From contig CAWCPV010000007.1 in the NCBI GenBank assembly GCA_963797555.1, positions 128,001 to 192,000 of the forward strand: a stretch of 64,000 nucleotides of DNA, written 5' to 3'. Source of the stretch: an uncultured Gammaproteobacteria bacterium. GTDB taxonomy: Bacteria; Pseudomonadota; Gammaproteobacteria; CAWCPV01. Every line of letters starts with the position of its first letter. The first letter of the stretch is position 1. Made by a program: the position numbers and the translations under genes. Below are positions 42,971 through 51,695 of the stretch, in pieces. A model generated the notes under the pieces. That model saw nothing but the letters and a program-made list of their open reading frames with translations, had not been told where the DNA came from and did not search any database.

Positions 42971-43549
42971 ATGAGTGGGCCTTCAATCGTGTTCAGAACC
43001 TATAGACGGACGCCGGTCCGGCATTTCTGGGTGGTCCTGGGAACCGCCGCTATCACCGGGTGCGCTTCGGTATCTTCCGTAGAGCCGATGGGAGAACGCC
43101 CGAAAGAGGTCACGGCGCAGGTGTGGCAAGGGACCTGGATACACCAAGAGCATCCGGTGACCGTCAGGGTGTCGGACCCGCGTGCGGGATTGCTCGATGT
43201 CGCGTGGGTGGAAGAGAAGGAAGGTGCGCTAAAGCTCGAATCCTATCGGATCGCCCTGAGAGAATCCGCTGAATCGACCTTCGCGAACACCAAAGATCCG
43301 GGTCAGCCCGGTCGTTATCTGTGGGCCCTGGTCAAGCGGGAGGACGAACAGATCGTGGTGTGGACCCCGGACGCCGTCCAGTGCGCGAAGCGGGTTCAAG
43401 CGGGTGTGCTGGCCGGGACGGTCGGCAAGGGGGGAGACGTAACCTTGGGAAAGCTCTCTTCGAAGCAGATCAAACAACTGGCCTCTCCCGGTCAGGGCAG
43501 TTGCTTGAGGTGGACCGAGCCGCTGGTGTTCTTCCGCGTCGGAAAGTAG
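42971..43549 (+). CDS. Hypothetical lipoprotein
   Basis: Hydrophobic stretch and lipobox-like ITG-C; 192-aa ORF. Confidence 0.6.
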   Translation: MSGPSIVFRTYRRTPVRHFWVVLGTAAITGCASVSSVEPMGERPKEVTAQVWQGTWIHQEHPVTVRVSDPRAGLLDVAWVEEKEGALKLESYRIALRESAESTFANTKDPGQPGRYLWALVKREDEQIVVWTPDAVQCAKRVQAGVLAGTVGKGGDVTLGKLSSKQIKQLASPGQGSCLRWTEPLVFFRVGK

Positions 43550-43973
43550 CGGCCGGAGCCAGACCCCACTGATTGGGACCTAGCCACCCGCTCTCGGGCG
43601 TCGAAGATCCCCTGTGCAGCGAAGGACAGGTCTCCAGGTGCTCCTCGGGGTTCTGGCGGAACGTACGGGCCGACTGCGGGCAATCGGGGCGAAACCCCGT
43701 CGACTGTTGCTCCCGCGACGCTGAATCTCTCTGCATCCGCCGAGGTGCTGCACCCATCGTCCGCCGCGCCTGCCCGAAACCGGTGACGAAACCGGGCCGG
43801 AAACCGTGACTGGGCAGGGCCAATGCCGGTCACTGCCCAGCGCACGCGGGATTAACACTCTCGGCCTGTCCGGGCAGTGTGCCGGGGTGTGCAGGATCGA
43901 CGACGCTCATCCGGACGTGGGCTGGGCCGCCGTGTAATACTGGTGCGGGTCAATTTATCAACGCTAACCGAGC

Positions 43974-45788
43974 ATGCCGAAAGTCCGTAAAGGCTCCCGC
44001 TCCCCCTCCCTGGTGCCGAAAAAGCTCACCCGGGAGCGGGACCAGGTGCTCGAGTTCGTGCGTCGGGGTCAACAGCTCGCGAACGTTCTCGATGACCCCG
44101 GCCTCAGCGGGGAGATCGACCAGCTTTCCGCCAGTGCCCTGAAGCCTTTTTTGTTCGTCGTCGTGGGCGAGGTCAAGTCCGGCAAGAGCAGCCTCATCAA
44201 CGCTCTGCTGGAGGCCCCGGTGTGCGCCGTGGACAGTGCCCCCTGCACGACGCGTGTGCAGGAGATCAGCTACGCGGAGGAGGAGAGCCGCACCGAGGTC
44301 TCCGAGTTCGAGGAGCACCTGCACCTGCCCCATGCCATCCTGCGGCACATCGCCATCGTCGACACTCCCGGCACCAACTCCATCATTCGTGAGCACCAGC
44401 GCATCACCGAGAACTACATCCCCCAGAGCGACCTGGTGCTGTTCGTGTTCTTCGCGAAGAACCCTTACACCGGGAGCGCCTGGGACTTCCTGCGCTACAT
44501 CAAACACGACTGGCAGCGCAACACCCTGTTCGTACTCCAGCAGGCGGACCTGCTGGATGCCGGGGAATTGGAGCGCACGCTATCGCTGGTCAAGCAGCAG
44601 CTCGCCGAAGAGAGCATTGCCGAGCCCGTCGTCTTCCCGGTCTCCGTGCTCACCGCTGAAGGCTTGGACGTGCTGCGCGAGTACCTGCGCATCGAGGTGG
44701 TTCAGGGGCGGCAATTCAATAAGAGCATCTCGCTGACACACAACGTCCTGCGTTTCTTGCGCCGCCTGGAAGCCGCCTTGCGCGATCACGAATGCCTCCT
44801 GCAGAACGATGAGACGTTGCTGGGCGAGCTGCGCCAACTGGCCGTCGGGTTGGGGCCGGAAGCGGACCAGGAATACGCGGCCCTGACGGCGAGGGCGCGG
44901 CACTACGCGGACGAGGCGCGACAGTGGCTGTTCGGGCAGGCCGTCGCGGCCGGCAGCTCGGGTGCTGATGTTGCCCGGGCCGGCTGGAGCTGGCGGGACT
45001 GGCGCTCGCTCCGGGAGCGCATGCGGCGCCTCGGGGCGGCTCTCGCGGAGCGCGCCGCGGTCGGGGAGGCTCTGTCCAGCGGCTGGGACAGGTCGCTGCG
45101 TACCGCCGAGCGCTTCAACCGGCTGCAGCTCGACCTGAACCGCTGTCTGTTTCGGGCACAGTTGCGGCGTATCGACCTCTACCGACAACTGAAACGGCAG
45201 GTGGAGCAGCAGCTCGCTGCCATCGCCGCCGATCCCCCGTGCCTTGCGAAACCGCTCGACGATGCGCTCGCGCGCGGGCGTCAGCGAACCCTCACCCGGG
45301 CCCGCGACGCGGTCCAGAGCCTCGGCGAGCTCGGCCTGGAGGGCTCCATCTCGCGGCTTCCCGCGCTGAGCGCGCTGAGGCCCTGGTCGTCTGTCTACGG
45401 AGTCGCTCAGGTTGGTGCCGGGGCGGCTTGCCTGGTCGTCGGCTACCGCCTGGACGATCTGCTGGCGGGCTTGCTGCTCGGCGTGGTGGGCTATCTGGGA
45501 GCCGGGTACGCTCTGGCCCGTCGGAGCCGGGCGCGTATCGGCGGACAGGCCGCGGCTGCGCTGGAGAAGAGCATCGAGGACGTCGACCGGCGGCTGCGCG
45601 AGACCCTCCTGACCCAGCCCCCCGAGCTGCAGGGCGCCATGCAGGATACCGTGGGCCGGTTCGAGCGCGACCTCGAGGAGCGGCGGGCTCGAACCGAAGA
45701 GCTGCTTCCCTCGGTCAACGCCTTGCGCGAGGACATCAAGCGCTTTCAATCGGAGGTGTGGGCCGATGCGGTGGAGGGTGACCAGTGA
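43974..45788 (+). CDS. Bacterial dynamin-like GTPase, copy 1
   Basis: G1 GEVKSGKSS, G2 PCTT, G3 DTPG, G4 QQAD, helical stalk, C-terminal hydrophobic hairpin. Confidence 0.88.
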   Translation: MPKVRKGSRSPSLVPKKLTRERDQVLEFVRRGQQLANVLDDPGLSGEIDQLSASALKPFLFVVVGEVKSGKSSLINALLEAPVCAVDSAPCTTRVQEISYAEEESRTEVSEFEEHLHLPHAILRHIAIVDTPGTNSIIREHQRITENYIPQSDLVLFVFFAKNPYTGSAWDFLRYIKHDWQRNTLFVLQQADLLDAGELERTLSLVKQQLAEESIAEPVVFPVSVLTAEGLDVLREYLRIEVVQGRQFNKSISLTHNVLRFLRRLEAALRDHECLLQNDETLLGELRQLAVGLGPEADQEYAALTARARHYADEARQWLFGQAVAAGSSGADVARAGWSWRDWRSLRERMRRLGAALAERAAVGEALSSGWDRSLRTAERFNRLQLDLNRCLFRAQLRRIDLYRQLKRQVEQQLAAIAADPPCLAKPLDDALARGRQRTLTRARDAVQSLGELGLEGSISRLPALSALRPWSSVYGVAQVGAGAACLVVGYRLDDLLAGLLLGVVGYLGAGYALARRSRARIGGQAAAALEKSIEDVDRRLRETLLTQPPELQGAMQDTVGRFERDLEERRARTEELLPSVNALREDIKRFQSEVWADAVEGDQ

Positions 45789-45844
45789 GACACCAGTGGT
45801 CAGGGCCAGGGATGCGGTGCTCAGGTATCGAACAACCTCAGTCC

Positions 45845-45926
45845 CGTCATTCCGGTGAATGCCGGAATCCAACCCTGCAACGTGCGCGTCCTGAATCTCG
45901 GGATATCGGCTTGCACGGGCATGACG
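45845..45926. repeat. REP-like palindromic doublet
   Basis: CGTCATTCCGGTGAATGCCGGAATCCA ... GGATATCGGCTTGCACGGGCATGACG (convergent, second copy degenerate). Confidence 0.65.
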
Positions 45927-46179
45927 TTTGGTACTGAACATGGCTGTCGTCCCAGGACGGCAAGGTGTGGACCGATGCGGTTCACGACCACCCGTGAGCC
46001 CCCGCGCCGGTTTGGCGGTCCTGATGACCTGCCGGACGTCTTCCGTCTCGCCATGAGCCGTCCGGCCAGGCGTTTGGCCGCAGGTTCACGCTTACCGGCC
46101 ACTCCGACAGCGGCCCGTGCTACCTTTGACTCCGGCCGGCGCAGCAGCGCGCCCTTCGAGTCCGCAGCGTACACCGACG

Positions 46180-47940
46180 ATGCTACGTATTGCTAAATCC
46201 CTGTTCGACAGGAGCCTGGTCCCGAGCGCCCTGACCCAGCAGCGGGATCAGTTGCTGGGCTTCATACGGCAGGGCCAGCAGCTCGCCACCGTGCTGGGTG
46301 AGTCTGCGCTCAGCGCCGAGATCGACCAGCTTTCCGCCAGTGCCGTGAAGCCTTTTTTGTTCGTCGTCGTGGGCGAGGTCAAGTCCGGCAAGAGCAGCCT
46401 CATCAACGCTCTGCTGGAGGCCCCGGTGTGCGCCGTGGACAGTGCCCCCTGCACGACCCGGGTGCAGGAGATCAGCTACGGGGAGGAGGAGAGCCGCACC
46501 GAGGTCTCCGAGTTCGAAGAGCACTTGCACCTGCCCCATGCCATTCTGCGGCACATCGCCATCGTCGACACTCCCGGCACCAACTCCATCATTCGTGAGC
46601 ACCAGCGCATCACCGAGAACTACATCCCCCAGAGCGACCTGGTGCTGTTCGTATTCTTCGCGAAGAACCCCTACACCGGGAGCGCCTGGGACTTCCTGCG
46701 CTACATCAAGCACGACTGGCAGCGCAACACCCTGTTCGTGCTCCAGCAGGCGGACCTGCTGCCTTCCGACGAGCGCAAGCGCACCGAGGAGCACATCCGC
46801 GAACAGCTCATCCAAGACGGCATCGAGAACCCCGTCGTGTTCGCGGTGTCGGTCAAGACCGGCAACGGGATGGGGGCGCTGCGCGACTATTTGCGCGCCG
46901 AAGTGATAGAGGGGCGCCAGTTCACCAAGGTCCAGTCCCTGGCGAATAACCTCATGCACTTCGTCGGCGGTCTGGACAAGCTGCTCCACGTACACGAACG
47001 GCTCAACCAGCACGACGAGATCCTGCTCGGAAAGCTCCATGGTCTCACCCTGAACCTGCAGGCCGAGGCCGAAGTAGACAGGCAGGTCGCCGCCATGATG
47101 GACGCCTGCCGGCGCCGCACCGAAGAAGCCGAGCGGCGCCTGCGCAAGCGCTTCCAGGGCCGCCATTCGTTCCTGGACAAGCTCGACACCCTCAAGAACG
47201 CGCTCGGCAGCGGGCACGAGGTACGGCAGTGGCTGGCCGATTTCTTCGCCCAGGTGCAGGCCGAGATCAGCCACGCCCTCTATCAGGACCAGTTGCGCTA
47301 CTTCTCGGAGCTGCACCGCCGCTCCCAGGAGTTGGGTCAGCAGATGCTGGAAGTCCTGGCCAACCGTCCCGGCTACCTCAAGAAATCCGCCTCGGATGCG
47401 CTGGCGCGCCGGCGCGACCAGACCCTGAGCGAGGTCCGCCAGCGCCTGGCCGCCCTCGACGACATCCGCCTCGAGGAGACCGTGCAGCCGCAGGCCTCGC
47501 TCGGGCGCCTGAACCGCCTGATCCTGGCCTACCGCCTGGCTCAGGGCGGGGCCGCGCTGGGGGTGCTGGTCCTCTCGGTGCATTTCGGCGACCTGTTCAG
47601 CGGCCTCATCCTCGCCGGTGTGAGCTACCTGGGCGTCGGGTATGCGCTGTTCGCGCGCAACCGCGAACGCCTGGAGACTCGATGCAGCCTGGCGTTGCAG
47701 GCGAGCCTAGCCGACCTGGAGCAGCGCCTGCGTACCGACATAGGGGAGCACCTGAACAGCCTGAAGGCGGTGGGCGACGGCGCCCTGACCCTGTTCGAGC
47801 GCGACCTCGGCGACCGGCGCAAGCAGACCGAGACCCTGGTCCGCTCGGCCCGCGAGTTACGCGACGGCATCCAGCGCTTCCAGGCGGCAGCGGCCGCGGC
47901 AAGGGCGGGCGGCGGGGCACAGACGGAGGGGGGGGTATGA
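46180..47940 (+). CDS. Bacterial dynamin-like GTPase, copy 2
   Basis: Same G1-G4 motifs; start MLRIAKSLFDRSLVP aligns with copy 1 N-terminus. Confidence 0.88.
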   Translation: MLRIAKSLFDRSLVPSALTQQRDQLLGFIRQGQQLATVLGESALSAEIDQLSASAVKPFLFVVVGEVKSGKSSLINALLEAPVCAVDSAPCTTRVQEISYGEEESRTEVSEFEEHLHLPHAILRHIAIVDTPGTNSIIREHQRITENYIPQSDLVLFVFFAKNPYTGSAWDFLRYIKHDWQRNTLFVLQQADLLPSDERKRTEEHIREQLIQDGIENPVVFAVSVKTGNGMGALRDYLRAEVIEGRQFTKVQSLANNLMHFVGGLDKLLHVHERLNQHDEILLGKLHGLTLNLQAEAEVDRQVAAMMDACRRRTEEAERRLRKRFQGRHSFLDKLDTLKNALGSGHEVRQWLADFFAQVQAEISHALYQDQLRYFSELHRRSQELGQQMLEVLANRPGYLKKSASDALARRRDQTLSEVRQRLAALDDIRLEETVQPQASLGRLNRLILAYRLAQGGAALGVLVLSVHFGDLFSGLILAGVSYLGVGYALFARNRERLETRCSLALQASLADLEQRLRTDIGEHLNSLKAVGDGALTLFERDLGDRRKQTETLVRSARELRDGIQRFQAAAAAARAGGGAQTEGGV

Positions 47941-48190
47941 ACCTGTCTGTGACCATATTGTTTTATTCCGCGACGGCAGCCAGGAGAGCGGCGGCCGGCT
48001 GCAGACAGGGGGCCAATGAACTCGTCAAGGGGCTCCTATCCCCCTGAGCAGACTGCCCTCCCAGTTTCTGAAGGGCGGCCGATCAGGGACTCCTATGCCT
48101 GGCACGGTTCGTTGTGCGGTCGGTGTGTGCCGCTCGGCCGCCTGCTCCAACCCCATGGCTCGCACGGCGTCTCATACGTTATCCGGAGTT

Positions 48191-48217
48191 GTGCTACGCT
48201 TGATGTCGATGTAGCAC
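48191..48217. promoter_or_regulatory. Toxin-antitoxin operator palindrome
   Basis: GTGCTAC-N13-GTAGCAC, 16 bp upstream of antitoxin start. Confidence 0.65.
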
Positions 48218-48232
48218 CTTGGGGGCAGCACC

Positions 48233-48460
48233 GTGCGGGAACTGACCATACGCGAGATGCGCGAGAATCTAGGTCGGCTGGGCGAGCTGGTGGAAGGGGA
48301 GGGCGAGGTTGTCATCACGCGCCGGGGAATACCCATCGCCCGCCTGCTGCCAGTGAAGAACGTGCGTCGGCGGCCATCTCATGCCGAACTGCGCGCGTCG
48401 ATGCCCTTCCTGAAGACGCCGAACGAGAAGCTGGTCAGAGCCGACAGGAACGAGCGGTAG
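48233..48460 (+). CDS. Phd/YefM-family antitoxin
   Basis: TIREMRENLGRL...GEVVITRRGIPIARLLP. Confidence 0.85.
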   Translation: MRELTIREMRENLGRLGELVEGEGEVVITRRGIPIARLLPVKNVRRRPSHAELRASMPFLKTPNEKLVRADRNER

Positions 48461-48680
48461 AGCACGGTCTATGTGGATACGTCCGCATTGGCGAAGTGGT
48501 ACGTCAATGAAGCCAGATCGGAGGACTTCGCGGCCTGGGTGCAGCAGGAAGCTGAGCTGCACATCAGTACATTGACCGCGGTCGAAATGCGGTGCCTCCT
48601 TGCCCGGCGTCGCCGCAACCGCGAGCTGACCCAAACGCAGCACACGCGTTGCACCTGGAAGTGGTGCGGTTCGACTGAGC
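48461..48680 (+). pseudogene. VapC (PIN) toxin with internal deletion
   Basis: VYVDTSALAKWYVNE...ISTLTAVEM; jumps to ALHLEVVR in another frame then stops. Confidence 0.75.
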
Positions 48681-49185
48681 GTTCACGGCGTCGGCGAGGA
48701 CCGCTCCGGGGCCGCGAATAAAGCACGGCAGGGCTCTTTAACTCAGACCTGCGGCACCAGCAGTGAGGACCTCACCCGCACCGTCAATGCCCACCGATCG
48801 TGAGTCCGCAATACCCTGACGGCGTGTGTTGTCCCGAGTGTTTTGGTCACCCAACACCACGCGCCATCGTGGAGGACGAGTCCAAGGAAGTCGGAACCTG
48901 CGATTTTTGCGGGTCGACTGCCGTCCCGATCCTACATGTGTCTGCTTTATCGGACGCCTTCCGCAATGCAACGAGTATTTACTCCGCTGCTGAGCGTGGT
49001 GCGTCAATTCCTCCTTGGACTGAGCCCTATGACGAAGGGGACCCCCTCCACGTCCTACTGCAAGACGACTGGCAAGTCGTCAGCGAGAAACTCACCGGCT
49101 CCGATAACGTTTCAGCCCTGCTCCAAGCCATTCTCGAAGCTGGATGGGACGATGATAGCGGAGAGCCTTTTCCGGATGCCAATGC

Positions 49186-50842
49186 CCTGGACCCGTGACT
49201 TGAATCTCCGAGCGCCCGGGGCGCGAGAGAATGGGAGCTATTCTCAGTTGAGTTGGTTAGTTTTTAGCCAACCGGTGACGCCGGCTATGTACAGCGGGCG
49301 TAGACCCTCGTCGGCGCAGGAGTGACGGCGGGGCTTTGAGGCTTGGACGCTGAATTTCGGGCGTAGGTTTACACCGGGGTCTGGTGAGGCCCGGGTCGAG
49401 TTTCTATGGAGGTCGTCCTAGCTACCCGAAGGCGAGTTGGTAATACAGCTGCTCGAAGGCGCGGAAGCCGGGACAGAGCCGGCTGAAGCGCAGCTTCAGT
49501 CTGCGGGCGGTGGCGACCAACCGGGCGGCGAGGTACATCAGTTCCTGGAGGACGGTCTTGATCCGCCGGCGCTTGGCCGGATGGCGCAGGGGAGCCGACT
49601 CGCCGGTCAGCCCGATGAGCCCGATGAAGCGCAGGATGTTGTAGGCGAACACGGCAAAGGCGAGCACCAGGTCATTGGTGTCGAATTTCCCGGAGGGCAG
49701 CCGTTCGATATCGAGGTCGGTCTTGAACTCGCTGTGGAACTGCTCGGAGGTCCCGGTACAGGGCGACGATCTCCGCGTCCGGATAGGCGAGCGAGGTCCA
49801 CCAGCCATCGAGCTCCAGCTCCGGTACCAACAGCGCCTGGCCCTTCTTGTCGATGGTGCGCTCGGTCACCCGCATCACCCGGCGAACGTGGTAGGTGTGC
49901 TCCCGATGGGGGTGCTCCTCGACGACGCTGAACAGCGCCACGCGCTTGCCGGGTCGGGGTGTCTCCCATGCCCCTTGGCGCTCGGCGCGCTCCAGCCAAT
50001 GGGCAGGGTCCTCGCCCCGAGGGTTCCACTGGATAATGAAGTCCACCTCCTCTTCGAGGTAGCGCAGCCGGTTCTCCAAGGCGTCGTGGGCGCTGTCCTG
50101 GCGCACCAGCAGCGGCAGTTTGGTCAGGCGCCTGGCCCGCGGCAGGATGCGCTCCCAGACCTAGCCGAATTCCTTCTGACTGTGCTGCTTGCCTTCTCGC
50201 AGCTCACAGCCGACGCACCACCCTTCGGTTCCCACGTAGGTCGCGATCGGCGCATAACCGTCATAGCCGTGGTAGGTGCGCGAGACTCCTTCTTGCTTGG
50301 TCCCGGAGTTGTCCATGGGAAAGACATCGATGTCCACCGGCACATGACCGGTCTTGAGCGCACTGACCGGTGCCTTGGCGTTGACCATGAACTCGATATC
50401 GGCCTCGTCAATGACCTCCCGCAGGACCGCTGCGTGCTCGTCGAGACGCTGCCTCAGCGTTTCTGGCGAGGGTACCCGCTCCAGCCCCAACGCCTGGCGG
50501 AAGAAATCGTCCTCTCGGACGTTGGAGACCGCTTCGAAGTCGCTCTTGCCCAAACACATCAACCCCAGATAGCTCTTGGCTACGTCTTCATGGGAGATGC
50601 CGTGGCGTAGCGGGATCGCCTCCTTCAGCGCCTTGCCCAACCCGCTAAAGCGGTTGACGCAAAGACCGACCAAGGCCAGACCAGAATGGGAGGTGTAAAA
50701 TTCCTCATCGGACTGCTCCAAGATGAACCGCTTCATCGTTCACCTGCCGGGTGAGCTGGAGTGCGGCCCGATTTTAGCTGAACTGCAATGATAAATCAGC
50801 AGGTTGCGGCCATCCGCTGAGACGCGAAGTCACGGAATCAGG
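49186..50842 (-). mobile_element. IS1380-family insertion sequence
   Basis: TIRs CCTGGACCCGTGACTT (49186-49201) / AAGTCACGGAATCAGG (50827-50842); 5-bp TSD AATGC. Confidence 0.93.
49422..50736 (-). pseudogene. IS1380 transposase with in-frame TAG (50161) and frameshift (~49750)
   Basis: YTSHSGLALVG, VDIDVFPMDNSGTKQEGVSRTY, LREGKQHSQ, GTSEQFHSEFKTDLDIERLPSGKF. Confidence 0.88.
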
Positions 50843-51695
50843 AATGCCCTATTCGTACGCGTGCCGTCGTGTCTCTACCAAGCTCCTGACGAATCGTGGG
50901 AAGAGTTCAGTCAGCGAGTGCGAAAAGACGGGTCGATAGAACATCAACTTCCCCATGCTCTCGAAGAGGACATCTACTGTCTTGAGAAGGAAATCCCCGA
51001 ACGAAGCACGTTTTACAGAGCCCGGAAAGGGTTTGAAGAGGATGCTTGGGGGCACAAGCAGCCATACAGGGGTGCCGAGATTGGGCTGCCATCACCTGAA
51101 AAGGCATTACCAGGACGGGCGAATAAGGGGGGCGAACCAGTCCTATACCTCGCGAAGGAAGAAAGGACAGCCGTCTCTGAGATTCGGCCAGCTCGCGGAC
51201 TACTGGTCTCTGTAGGGGAATTTGCCACCCGTCGCTCCACTCGCCTGCTCGACTTTGGTCAGCCCCATTGCGGAACCCGATCCTTTCGTGGACGACCCAC
51301 TGCGTTACTTGGATGGAGTTCGCTGGGCTGATGAGAGCTTTCGCTTCGTCTTTGTCCCAACCGTTGGAACGCGACGATACAACAGAAGATTACCGCGCGT
51401 CGCAGTGGCTTTCCGCCTGGATCAGCGATCACGGATTCGATGGTATTCTTTATCCCAGCGCAATGAATCCGAGCGGTGTGAACTTGGTGCTGTTTGATCC
51501 AAGGGCCGCGTCGGCCGTGGACTCGAATCTCCGAAGGATCACAGATGTTCGGTGGAGCTACAAGGGATTTGGCGATGGAGATGAAGAGTAAGATACGATC
51601 AGTGACCAACTGCATGAACCGGCTGGAGGGGGGGAGGTCGGCGACGCGCCGAAATTGCCGCTGATTCTGGCGGGCTTGACCACCGGTAGGCATTG

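Larger units (their letters stand above)
48800..51591 (+). pseudogene. Zn-finger NTD + RES-domain protein interrupted by IS1380 (plus extra base near 51265)
   Basis: CCPECF..CDFCG N-terminus; FYRAR, GRAN..G..VLYLA, AVSEIRP, GFDGILYPSAM, GVNLVLF; halves rejoin in frame (FPDANALFVR) when IS is removed. Confidence 0.85.

Noticed and set aside
43620-43770. Possible Bcp/peroxiredoxin remnant on minus strand (GATVDGVSP / DCPQSARTF)
   Set aside because: Similarity is short, needs frameshifts, and cannot be supported without a search
44112-46761. DGR template/variable repeat pair
   Set aside because: Differences are mostly synonymous and not adenine-specific, both copies are coding, and no reverse transcriptase is present
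50161-50163. In-frame TAG in the IS1380 transposase as pyrrolysine or readthrough
   Set aside because: The same gene also has a frameshift and no pyl genes are present; a nonsense mutation is simpler
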